Below the pieces are notes generated by a model. That model made no database searches, was not told where the DNA came from, and worked only from the letters and a program-made list of their open reading frames with translations. From positions 33,618-97,617 of the forward strand of contig DASWRM010000010.1 of assembly GCA_036403155.1 (NCBI GenBank): a stretch of 64,000 nucleotides of DNA, in the 5' to 3' direction. Source of the stretch: Gaiellales bacterium. GTDB taxonomy: Bacteria; Actinomycetota; Thermoleophilia; Gaiellales; JAICJC01. Every line of letters starts with the position of its first letter. Within the stretch, counting starts at the first letter, position 1. This document shows, piece after piece, positions 8,577-17,751 of this stretch. Made by a program: the position numbers and the translations under genes.

Positions 8577-9775
8577 CCCTTCCTTCGGAGCAGCCGGCGG
8601 CCGTCGGAGCCGCCGTCGGTGGTGGTCTGGGTGGAGACGACGTCCGGCTGGTAGATCGCGGCCAGCTTTGCAAACACGGCCGCCGCCTCGGACTTCGGCT
8701 TGGCGAGCACGATCGGCTCGCCCTCGTTGACTGCTTTGGGGATCTCGCGGTCGCTGGGAATGAAGATCCCGGGCTCTCGGCCCACGATGGTCGCCACGTC
8801 GGCGTGCGTGATGCCGACCCGGCTGTCGGCGCGGTTCAGCACCAGCGACACCTGATCCTGGGGGTAGCCCATGAGATCGAGCGTCTCAAGCCCCAGCCGG
8901 GTGTTCTTGAGCGAGAGGGTGTCCAGCATGCCGACGAGGGCCACGTCGCTGGAGACGTCGATCGAGGCGATCACCTCCGGCGTAAACCCGGGGGGCGTGT
9001 CGACGATCACGTATTGGTGCCGCTCGCGGAGCGCCCGGTACATCTCGGACAGGAACTCCACCGTGACAGCCGATGCCTGATCCGGCCGGCCGGGAGCGAG
9101 CAGCACGCGCAGCCCGGATCGATGGGTGCTCAGGTATCCCTCGACCTTGTCTCCGTCGATCGTTCCGGCGGCGGTGGCGAGGTCGAAGATGGTTCGGTCG
9201 GGCTTCATCCCCAGCGAGAGCCCCACGTCGCCGAACTGCAGGTCGAGGTCGACCAGCACCGCGGACGCGCCGGTCTGAGCGAGCTTCACCCCGAGGTTGC
9301 ATGCGGTGAGCGTCTTGCCCGTGCCTCCTTTCGGGCCGAGCACGACGATCATGCGCTTGGCCGCCGGCGGGACGCCATCGGTTCCCTCGCCGGGGACGTC
9401 GCGCCGCGTGATCGCCTTGTCGATCATGAACCGCAGCTGATCCGGAGTGAGCGGAAGGGTCGCGATGTCGTCCGCCCCGGCCGCGAAGGCGCGGCGGACG
9501 AAGCCGTTCGGCGATCCCGTGCAGAGAACGAGGACGGGACGATCCGGGTACTGGCGCCGCGACTCCTCGACGAGCAGCACCGCGCCGTCCGAGTCGGGCC
9601 CGCACGCCACGATCAGCAGATCGGTGCGGTTCCGCAAGGACGCCTCGCGCACGCCGCCGTAGCCGTCGACCATGGCCACGACCTCGACCTCGTCGTCCAT
9701 CGGCATTGCCGCCTTGACGGCACCGCGGTCGATCGCCGGATCGACGGCGACGAGCGCCCGGATCGTCCCCTCCAT
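8573..9775 (-). CDS. tadZ: TadZ/CpaE: atypical receiver domain fused to a MinD/ParA-like ATPase
   Basis: An N-terminal receiver-like domain is followed by the deviant Walker A VLGPKGGTGKT. It is coupled to both neighbours by 1-4 nt overlaps. Confidence 0.85.
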   Translation of the reverse strand: MEGTIRALVAVDPAIDRGAVKAAMPMDDEVEVVAMVDGYGGVREASLRNRTDLLIVACGPDSDGAVLLVEESRRQYPDRPVLVLCTGSPNGFVRRAFAAGADDIATLPLTPDQLRFMIDKAITRRDVPGEGTDGVPPAAKRMIVVLGPKGGTGKTLTACNLGVKLAQTGASAVLVDLDLQFGDVGLSLGMKPDRTIFDLATAAGTIDGDKVEGYLSTHRSGLRVLLAPGRPDQASAVTVEFLSEMYRALRERHQYVIVDTPPGFTPEVIASIDVSSDVALVGMLDTLSLKNTRLGLETLDLMGYPQDQVSLVLNRADSRVGITHADVATIVGREPGIFIPSDREIPKAVNEGEPIVLAKPKSEAAAVFAKLAAIYQPDVVSTQTTTDGGSDGRRLLRRKG

Positions 9776-10587
9776 TACTTCCCTCCGAACGAGCGCTCGA
9801 CGGCGACCGGCTTGACGCCGAAGAGCACGGTCTCGAGGGTGACGAAGTTGTCGCGGCTGTTCAGATCGAACGAGTTCTTCGCGTCCGCGCCGCGGACGGT
9901 CACCCAGAGTTTGCCGTTCTGGGAGGCGAAGGCCACGTTGGATGCCTGCGCATCGGTCAGCGCCACGACGATGTTGTCATCGCTCGTCCCGACCGTGCCC
10001 GCGTCGCCCGGCTTGACTCCCGGGGGCACGAACAGCACCGGCACGTCCTGAGCGATGATCTTCAGCACGGGACGCTGCTGGGCGCCCTGCTTCGGCACGC
10101 CGTTGCTGTCGAGCGGGATCACGTTGAAGCCGCCCAGGATGTCGACGTGGTCGCCGGCGTGCACGTAACCGATCGCGCCTGTGGCCGCATCCAGCGGGAT
10201 CGCGATCGCGCGCATGTCGTCCTTGACCTTGACCGCCGCCGCGTCGCTGGGCGCCGTCGTGAACTCCGTTGTCGTCAGCTGCGTGCCGGGGTAGACGGTC
10301 GCCGAGGCGACGCGGCCGGCGATCTGCGACGGATCTGTGATGGCGCCATCCTGGAGATCTCCGCGACGCACCTCCATCTGCTTGAACATGTGCTGGGAGG
10401 CGACGGTGTCGCCGGACGTGCCCTGTGAGATCTGCTGGTTGGCGACCAGCACCGGCACGCTCTCGTTGTCGTTGTTCAGGCTGTCGCGGTACTGCGCCAG
10501 GTAGACGAGCAGCAGGGCTACCGCGACTGCCGCGACCACCCCGCCGACCAGGACGGTTCCTCCGCGGCTCTGCATGATTCGTTGCAC
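9775..10587 (-). CDS. cpaB: Flp pilus assembly protein CpaB/RcpC (SAF-domain)
   Basis: N-terminal TM anchor, SAF-like segment (VLVANQQISQGTSGDTV) and position in the tad operon. GAAGGAGAG lies upstream of the ATG. Confidence 0.8.
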   Translation of the reverse strand: MQRIMQSRGGTVLVGGVVAAVAVALLLVYLAQYRDSLNNDNESVPVLVANQQISQGTSGDTVASQHMFKQMEVRRGDLQDGAITDPSQIAGRVASATVYPGTQLTTTEFTTAPSDAAAVKVKDDMRAIAIPLDAATGAIGYVHAGDHVDILGGFNVIPLDSNGVPKQGAQQRPVLKIIAQDVPVLFVPPGVKPGDAGTVGTSDDNIVVALTDAQASNVAFASQNGKLWVTVRGADAKNSFDLNSRDNFVTLETVLFGVKPVAVERSFGGK

Positions 10588-10609
10588 GACGTCTCTCCTT
10601 CGTTCTCGA

Positions 10610-12460
10610 TTACTGGGTGAGCACGAGCTCGCACGGGCTCAGATCGGTGAAGTCGCACTGCTGGGTCGCAGGTGCGTTGTCAACTTTGTCAACATACTTG
10701 ATGAAGTAGCCGGCCACCTGGCCCTTGCCGGGATGCTCGTCGCCCGCGCAGGGGTCCTGGTTGCCGCCATTCGATCCACCCCAGCCGGTCACGTAGAACG
10801 AGGCGAAACCGAGCACGGGGAACGTCTGGTTGCCCGGCGACTGGAACGAGTCGAACGGCACGCGGAAGATGGTGATCACCCGGCGCGGATCGGTGATGGC
10901 CGGGTACGTGCTGGGACTCGCGCAGCCGCTGGTGTTGCCCGTGCGGCCGGCCATGCCGTCCTCGACCTGGCTGGGTGAGACGCTGGCCGTCTGTACCGGA
11001 ACGCACTGCCACGGCTGGGCGGGGAAGCTCTGCACCTTGCTCGGGCACGGGTACCACGGGGAGACGAAGCCGTTGACGGCGTAGCCGGGCGCGCAGCCGC
11101 TGATGATCTCGTCCTTGAGATTCGGGATGCCCGGGTCGCAGTCGAGTGCATGGGTCTGCGACGAGCTGGAGCTGAGGTCGATGATCTTGTGCGTCCCCGG
11201 CGTGATGTCGGCTTGGACGCCGATCTGAGCGACCGCCGAGTAGGTGGCCGGCGCGATCAGGTACGGGCCGTTGTAGGACATGCCGTTGAGGCTGAACTGC
11301 GCCAGCTCGACCGGCTCGATCGTGCCTCCCAGCACGCGTGCGGCCGTGCCGAGGTCTGTCATGCACTTCACCTTGCTGCAGCCGTTCGGGACGCTGTAGA
11401 CGTCGAACCAGTCGAGCCCCGACGGGCCGGGGATGGTGACCGCCCAGTCGCTGGTCGAGCCGACGCGCGTCATCGTGCAGCCGGTTCCCGTGCACGTGTT
11501 CGACCCGATCAGCCGCAGGGCGGTCGGGGCGGTGCCCGCGACCGTCACGGTGACGACGGGCGAGCAGGCGCCGTCCGTGTACTGGCCGTCGTACGCGCAG
11601 TTGTTGGCCGACATCACCGAGCTCGACAGCGTCGTCGCGCCGCCGCCCCCGGGCCGGCCCCGGACGCCGGAGTACCCTCCGGTCGCGCTGGAGCTCGCCG
11701 TGCAGCTGACCGGGGCGGTGCAGATCTGAGCGAGCGTCCCGTTGATCGAGAACGACGTTGGCGCCGTCGCGATGATCATCCCCACCGACACGCCGGCTCC
11801 GACCGGCAACGACACGGACGACGAACTGTTGTCCCATCGGGTCAGTCCGTTGGTCGTCCCGTCGCGGGTGAGCTGCGTCTTGGCGAGCACCGCGCCGGTC
11901 GACTCGTTCACCCAGATCGCCGCGGCGTTGGTGAACGTCGGATCCGGGAAGCCGATGGGCAGGAGCCCCTCGCCGACGTCCGGCTTGAGGATCTCGGCCC
12001 GGGCATGGGCGGTGATGTCCGGATTCGCGAGCCCGGCCAGGTTGGCGACCTTGATGAACCACGGAGCCCCGGTTTCGCTGACCGTGGCGTCGACCCACTT
12101 CGTGCCGCACGGAGCCCCCGCGCTGCCGGGCGCCGCGCCGCCGTTCAGGACGACGTGGACGCTTCCGGCGGCCACACCCCCGACCTGCGGGTTGTACGGA
12201 GCGCCCGGGTTCGTCGCGCTCGGGCCGGCGTACTTCAGCGCCTCCGAGTAGACCGCGCTGTCGACGCTGGCGGTGCACGGAAAGGCGTAGACGCCGCCAC
12301 CCGCAAGCACGGCGGCATCCGCCTCGATCTGGAGGTGGCGCTTGTGCTCCCACCAGTTGCCGATGTCGATCGCGAACGACGCCATCATCAGGATGACAGG
12401 GAGGAACACGGCCACCATCACGAGCACGCCGCCGTGGTCATGCTGCCGGGCGTAGGTCAC
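10610..12460 (-). CDS. tadG: TadG-like pseudopilin/tip protein with a large Cys-rich extracellular region
   Basis: Start re-set to GTG 12460, in a GTGA overlap with the tadE-like stop. The N-terminal Tad (PF13400-type) motif is HDHGGVLVMVAVFLPVILMMASFAIDIGNWW. About 570 aa follow, containing 18 Cys by my count. Confidence 0.75.
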   Translation of the reverse strand: MTYARQHDHGGVLVMVAVFLPVILMMASFAIDIGNWWEHKRHLQIEADAAVLAGGGVYAFPCTASVDSAVYSEALKYAGPSATNPGAPYNPQVGGVAAGSVHVVLNGGAAPGSAGAPCGTKWVDATVSETGAPWFIKVANLAGLANPDITAHARAEILKPDVGEGLLPIGFPDPTFTNAAAIWVNESTGAVLAKTQLTRDGTTNGLTRWDNSSSSVSLPVGAGVSVGMIIATAPTSFSINGTLAQICTAPVSCTASSSATGGYSGVRGRPGGGGATTLSSSVMSANNCAYDGQYTDGACSPVVTVTVAGTAPTALRLIGSNTCTGTGCTMTRVGSTSDWAVTIPGPSGLDWFDVYSVPNGCSKVKCMTDLGTAARVLGGTIEPVELAQFSLNGMSYNGPYLIAPATYSAVAQIGVQADITPGTHKIIDLSSSSSQTHALDCDPGIPNLKDEIISGCAPGYAVNGFVSPWYPCPSKVQSFPAQPWQCVPVQTASVSPSQVEDGMAGRTGNTSGCASPSTYPAITDPRRVITIFRVPFDSFQSPGNQTFPVLGFASFYVTGWGGSNGGNQDPCAGDEHPGKGQVAGYFIKYVDKVDNAPATQQCDFTDLSPCELVLTQ

Positions 12461-12936
12461 GCGCACCCCGCGCCGTACACGCCGGCCGGCAGCCGCTCGA
12501 GGCGCATCGTCGCGCTGCTGGTGAACGTCGTCTGGGTCGCGCCGAGCGCGAGGAACGGGATCCACTGGTACGTTCCGCTCACGGTGACCGTCACCGGATC
12601 ACCGACGTTCGAGGTGCCGTTGGGAAAGCTGATGCAGACCTTGGCCTTGCCGGTCACGGACGACGAGCCGTTGAGGAACTCGGCGGTGTCGGCCTGCTGC
12701 CTGATCTGGTTCTGCAGAGTGCCGCCCCCGCTGCTGGGCAGCCGTGCGACGACCGCCCAGCGGGCGCCCTCGTTCGCCATCTGCTGGGCGTCCTGCCAGT
12801 AGTTGATCGCGCGGCCGAAGTCGAAGATGCCGAGGATGATGAGCAGCAGCAGCGGCAGCACGAGCGCGAACTCGACCAGTGCGACGCCGGACTCGCCGGC
12901 GTGTCGCCGTGTGCGTGGGCGGTGCCGGGCGCTCAT
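12457..12936 (-). CDS. tadE: TadE-like minor pilin
   Basis: Start re-set to ATG 12936 (MSARHRPRTRRHAGESGVALVEFALVLPLLLLIILGIFDFGRA), which is the TadE N-terminal motif. The ATG shares one nt with the stop of the upstream flp gene. Confidence 0.8.
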   Translation of the reverse strand: MSARHRPRTRRHAGESGVALVEFALVLPLLLLIILGIFDFGRAINYWQDAQQMANEGARWAVVARLPSSGGGTLQNQIRQQADTAEFLNGSSSVTGKAKVCISFPNGTSNVGDPVTVTVSGTYQWIPFLALGATQTTFTSSATMRLERLPAGVYGAGCA

Positions 12937-13094
12937 CAAAGCTTGGATGCGACGGACGCGAAGATCGCGTTCAGGTCGGGGCCGAGGGCGACGAGCGTGA
13001 TCACGCCGACGAGCGCAACGAACAGCAGCACGAAGCCGTACTCGACCATCGTCTGGCCGCTGTCGGGATGATCGGAATGCTGGATGGTGTCCAT
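12936..13094 (-). CDS. flp: Flp-family type IVb pilin (second copy, 52 aa)
   Basis: Absent from the ORF track because it is under 60 aa. Manual translation: MDTIQHSDHPDSGQTMVEYGFVLLFVALVGVITLVALGPDLNAIFASVASKL. It carries the Flp G/xxxxEY processing motif. GAAGGA lies upstream. Confidence 0.85.
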   Translation of the reverse strand: MDTIQHSDHPDSGQTMVEYGFVLLFVALVGVITLVALGPDLNAIFASVASKL

Positions 13095-13112
13095 GACGAT
13101 CCTTCGGTGAAT

Positions 13113-13131
13113 GGGCCGCCTCGCGCGGCCC
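13113..13131 (-). terminator. Second GC hairpin between the two flp genes (GGGCCGC-N5-GCGGCCC)
   Basis: A 7-bp perfect stem read directly from the sequence. No U-tract follows. Confidence 0.25.
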
Positions 13132-13138
13132 GGGGTGC

Positions 13139-13165
13139 GGCACGCCCCGTGGTTCGGGGCGTGCC
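13139..13165 (-). terminator. Strong GC hairpin immediately downstream of flp-1; possible attenuator or mRNA-stabilising stem
   Basis: Perfect 11-bp stem GGCACGCCCCG with a 5-nt loop and CGGGGCGTGCC. It starts 13 nt after the flp-1 stop. There is no U-tract. Confidence 0.45.
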
Positions 13166-13177
13166 GCCGTGCCGGTG

Positions 13178-13348
13178 CTACAGGTGGGTGGCGACGCTCG
13201 TGAAGATCGCCTTGAGGTCGGTGCCGACCGTGATGAGCGTGGCAATCGCCACGATCGAGACGATCGCGAGGATGAGGCCGTACTCGACCATCGTCTGGCC
13301 GTCCTCGCTGTCGCGGCGAGCCGCGAGCTCGAGCATGAAGTCACGCAT
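13178..13348 (-). CDS. flp: Flp-family type IVb pilin (first copy, 56 aa)
   Basis: This is the C-terminal part of track ORF 13178..13579. The sequence is MRDFMLELAARRDSEDGQTMVEYGLILAIVSIVAIATLITVGTDLKAIFTSVATHL. A strong AAGGAGGGAAG lies upstream of ATG 13348. Confidence 0.9.
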   Translation of the reverse strand: MRDFMLELAARRDSEDGQTMVEYGLILAIVSIVAIATLITVGTDLKAIFTSVATHL

Positions 13349-13425
13349 GACTTCCCTCCTTGGGGCAGTGCCCCGTCGATGTGCGCCCGCACCGTGCGGG
13401 CCTCTCCGTCCGTGCGCCATGACCG

Positions 13426-13833
13426 TCACCGCTCCGCCACCACTCGTAGGCCGGAGCCGGACGCGAGCCGGGTGAGACCGGCGACGCTCGCGTCCTCGAG
13501 GGGTCCTGACTCGACCGACCCAAGGTCGTCGATCCAGGCCTGCCGCTGATCCGACAGGTAGACCACCATCGACGTACATGCAGCGAAGCGGTGGGTGATC
13601 AGCGGGCGGACGACTGTTTCGTCCAGGTAAGTGACGTCGACCACGACCAGGTCGGGGTCGAACTGCTCAGCCGCCGCGTCGAACGACGCCCCCGGGAAGG
13701 GCACGCTGATCACGTCGGCCACCTCGCGAAAGGCGGGCTCGAGCGCGCTCAGCATGAGCGGCGGGAACCCGACGAGCAGCACGCGCCGCGGTGAGCGGGC
13801 ACGTCGTGATCGTCGGATTCGGCGCACGTCCAT
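13426..13833 (-). CDS. Small receiver-like (CheY-fold-like) protein, paralog A; function unknown
   Basis: ORF 13426..13875. The start is probably ATG 13833, by alignment with paralog B and by the GACACT-N7-ATG arrangement. It shares the block PDLVVVDVTYLDE and VPFPG with the 15442..15837 protein. It lacks the N-terminal acidic pair of true receivers. Confidence 0.65.
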   Translation of the reverse strand: MDVRRIRRSRRARSPRRVLLVGFPPLMLSALEPAFREVADVISVPFPGASFDAAAEQFDPDLVVVDVTYLDETVVRPLITHRFAACTSMVVYLSDQRQAWIDDLGSVESGPLEDASVAGLTRLASGSGLRVVAER

Positions 13834-13840
13834 GTCGGTC

Positions 13841-13846
13841 AGTGTC
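13841..13846 (-). promoter_or_regulatory. -10-like box GACACT 7 nt upstream of ATG 13833 (leaderless-type)
   Basis: Read from the sequence. It parallels the GAGAAT-N6-ATG arrangement of paralog B. Confidence 0.3.
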
Positions 13847-13891
13847 CGGCCGCTCCCAACCGCCGGCCATCGCACGAAGCGATGATTCCGG

Positions 13892-13912
13892 CGGGTGATT
13901 TTTTCTCACCCG
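13892..13912 (-). terminator. Hairpin after luxR-A (CGGGTGA-GAAAAAA-TCACCCG on the minus strand)
   Basis: A 7-bp stem with an A6/T6 run, which is unusual in this GC-rich DNA. It starts 8 nt after the luxR-A stop. Confidence 0.35.
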
Positions 13913-13919
13913 GGGTGCG

Positions 13920-14594
13920 TCAGACGCCGGCGGCCGCGCGCAGCTGCTGGTAGCGAGCCGCGGCGGCCGAGCGGTTCGGTGCCTCGAGCTTCGCGAGAAT
14001 GTGCGACACGTGCGTGCGGACGGTCTCCACCGAGATGCTGAGTTCCGCCGCCACGCCGCGGTTGGTCATGCCCGACGCGATCCGCTCGAGCACGTCCCAC
14101 TCCCGCTCGGTCAGGCGCCGCTGCGACGGCAGCAGCTCAGCGAGCGGCGCCGACGCGGCCTGCGCCCGGAACTCCGCCAGCAGCTCGGCTGTCATCCTCC
14201 GCGTCAGCGTCGCCTCGCCGCGCGCCGCGGCACGGATCGCGTCCGTGAACGTCTGCACGGGCATGTCCTTGGTCAGGTAGCCCATCGCGCCCGCCCGGAT
14301 CGCGCTCAGCATCGGCTCGGCAGCACCGTCCACGCCGGTCGCGATCACCGTCCCGCCGGCTCCGGCGATGGCCTGGATCGCGAACAGCGCACCGCGAGGG
14401 GCCGGCTCGAGCGACAGGTCGACCAGCACGACCGCGCCCTTCGCGCGCGCGGCCAGCCCGATCGCCGATTCGGCGCGTGTCGCCGTGCCGACGATCTGAA
14501 ATCCGCTGTCGCGCAGCGACCACTCGAGCCCTCGCAGCGAAAGCTCTTGTGAGTCGCAGATGCTGACAGCGATCGTGTCGGGAGCCCCATGCAT
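13920..14594 (-). CDS. LuxR/NarL-family response-regulator-like transcription factor, paralog A (orphan)
   Basis: Start re-set to ATG 14594, because MHGAPDTIAVSICD aligns with MDTAPNTPSAGICD of paralog B. It has a receiver-like domain (VLVDLSL, GYLTKD) and a GerE HTH (LTEREWDVLERIASGMTNRGVAAELSISVETVRTHVSHILAKL). Confidence 0.85.
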   Translation of the reverse strand: MHGAPDTIAVSICDSQELSLRGLEWSLRDSGFQIVGTATRAESAIGLAARAKGAVVLVDLSLEPAPRGALFAIQAIAGAGGTVIATGVDGAAEPMLSAIRAGAMGYLTKDMPVQTFTDAIRAAARGEATLTRRMTAELLAEFRAQAASAPLAELLPSQRRLTEREWDVLERIASGMTNRGVAAELSISVETVRTHVSHILAKLEAPNRSAAAARYQQLRAAAGV

Positions 14595-14595
14595 C

Positions 14596-14631
14596 TGCAA
14601 TGCCCGCCCCATTCGTTTTGTGGGCATTGCA
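14596..14631 (-). promoter_or_regulatory. Perfect 10-bp inverted repeat TGCAATGCCC-N16-GGGCATTGCA between the predicted -10 box and the luxR-A start codon
   Basis: Read directly from the sequence. The repeat begins right after the TATCGT box, and its right arm ends 1 nt before the ATG. The spacer is AT-rich relative to its surroundings. Confidence 0.6.
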
Positions 14632-14660
14632 ACGATACGTGCATGCGGCACGGCCGTCAA
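14632..14660 (-). promoter_or_regulatory. Sigma-70-like promoter TTGACG-N17-TATCGT for luxR-A
   Basis: The hexamers and the 17-nt spacer were read from the minus strand, in the 94-bp gap after the luxR-B stop. Confidence 0.5.
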
Positions 14661-14688
14661 CGCGGCCAGACGACGTCGTGCCGCGCGC

Positions 14689-15351
14689 TCAGGGCGTGTG
14701 CAGCGCGTGCAGCCGGTGGTAGGCCGCGGCTGCGGCGGACCGGTTCGGCGCCTCGAGCTTGGCGAGGATGTTCGAGACGTGCGTCCGCACGGTTTGCACC
14801 GAGATGCTGAGGTCGCCTGCGACACCGCGGTTGGTGCGGCCCTGAGCGACCAGCTCGAGCACCTGCCATTCGCGTCGCGTCAGCCGCCGGTCTGACGGCA
14901 GCAGCTCCGCGGACGGCGTCCGGGCGGCCAGCGCGCGGAACTCGTGGACGAGCGCGCTGGTCATAGAGCGCGATATCGGCGCTTCGCCGCGCGCTGCGGC
15001 GCAGATCGCCTCCGTCCAGGCGTGGAGCGGCAGATCCTTCGTCAGGTAGCCGGTCGCCCCCCAGCGGAGCGCCCGGAACAGCGCCGCCGGTTCGCCGCTG
15101 GTGCCCGTGGCGATCGCCGTGCCGCCGACAGCGGAGACCGCGGCAACCACGTCGCCGGCGCCCTCGAGATCAACGTCGACCAGCACGACGCACCCGCGTG
15201 CGCGGCCCGCGAGCGCCAGCGCCCCCATGCGTGTCCGCGCCGTCGCGAAGACGGGGATCGATGCCGCCTGGAGGGCGGCGGTCAGCCCTGCGAGCGCGAT
15301 CTCGTTCGCGTCGCAGATGCCTGCCGAGGGCGTGTTGGGAGCCGTGTCCAT
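14689..15351 (-). CDS. LuxR/NarL-family response-regulator-like transcription factor, paralog B (orphan)
   Basis: ORF 14689..15372, with the start at ATG 15351 or TTG 15372. Its architecture and GerE HTH (LTRREWQVLELVAQGRTNRGVAGDLSISVQTVRTHVSNILAKL) match paralog A. Confidence 0.85.
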   Translation of the reverse strand: MDTAPNTPSAGICDANEIALAGLTAALQAASIPVFATARTRMGALALAGRARGCVVLVDVDLEGAGDVVAAVSAVGGTAIATGTSGEPAALFRALRWGATGYLTKDLPLHAWTEAICAAARGEAPISRSMTSALVHEFRALAARTPSAELLPSDRRLTRREWQVLELVAQGRTNRGVAGDLSISVQTVRTHVSNILAKLEAPNRSAAAAAYHRLHALHTP

Positions 15352-15392
15352 ACCACCTTGGTGAAGCCGCAACAGAAGTGGAACGTATTGCC

Positions 15393-15421
15393 ACCGTACG
15401 GGCGCGCCGGGCTGCTGTCAA
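15393..15421 (-). promoter_or_regulatory. Sigma-70-like promoter TTGACA-N17-TACGGT for luxR-B
   Basis: A consensus -35 hexamer and a TANNNT -10 with a 17-nt spacer, in the gap between 15442 and 15351. Confidence 0.55.
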
Positions 15422-15441
15422 CGCAGCGGAGGCGCCGTGCA

Positions 15442-15837
15442 TCAGCGGCCGACGAGCCGCAGCGCCCGCTGCGGGAGCAGCCCGAGCAGCGCATCCGGGC
15501 TGACGTCGTCGGCCGGGCCCGACCAGCCATGGCCGAGGTCGTCCACCCACCTTCCTCCGCCCTCCGACAGGAACACCAGGACGGATCCGAGGTGGCGGAA
15601 CCGCTCCATCAGCAGCGGCCGCACCCGCCGCTCGTCGAGGTACGTCACGTCGACCACCACGAGGTCGGGCCGCACGGCCGTCACCGCCCGGTCGAACGCC
15701 GTTCCGGGAAACGGCACCGCCGAGACATCGATGGAGTCGCCCAGCGGGCCCTCCAGCGCGCGCATCATCAGCGGGGTCAGCCCCACCAGCAGCGCGCGCC
15801 GCCGCCGTGACGTGCGAGGGCTGCGGCGGTCGTGCAT
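15442..15837 (-). CDS. Small receiver-like protein, paralog B; function unknown
   Basis: This 131-aa protein is MHDRRSPRTSRRRRALLVGLTPLMMRALEG...VPFPGTAFD...PDLVVVDVTYLDERRVRPLL. By eye, roughly half of the aligned positions are identical to paralog A. Confidence 0.7.
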   Translation of the reverse strand: MHDRRSPRTSRRRRALLVGLTPLMMRALEGPLGDSIDVSAVPFPGTAFDRAVTAVRPDLVVVDVTYLDERRVRPLLMERFRHLGSVLVFLSEGGGRWVDDLGHGWSGPADDVSPDALLGLLPQRALRLVGR

Positions 15838-15843
15838 GCAGCG

Positions 15844-15872
15844 ATTCTCCGGGCGTCGCCCGACCGCGTCAA
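15844..15872 (-). promoter_or_regulatory. Promoter-like TTGACG-N17-GAGAAT-N6-ATG (leaderless) for small receiver-like protein B
   Basis: Read from the minus strand. The -10 box ends 6 nt before ATG 15837. Confidence 0.45.
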
Positions 15873-15888
15873 TCCGCCGCTGCAGCCG

Positions 15889-17735
<1,847 letters not shown>

Positions 17736-17751
<16 letters not shown>

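Noticed and set aside
10900-11000. The KIIDLSSSSSQ segment of the TadG-like protein as a VWA MIDAS motif.
   Set aside because: DxSxS occurs by chance in Ser-rich sequence. The surrounding sequence lacks the hydrophobic beta-strand and helix pattern of a VWA fold.
13385-13401. The palindrome GCCCGCA-CGG-TGCGGGC between small receiver-like gene A and flp-1 as the flp promoter or operator.
   Set aside because: It has a 7-bp stem with a 3-nt loop and no adjacent -10/-35-like hexamers. It may be a weak terminator or may mean nothing. I could not identify an flp promoter by eye.
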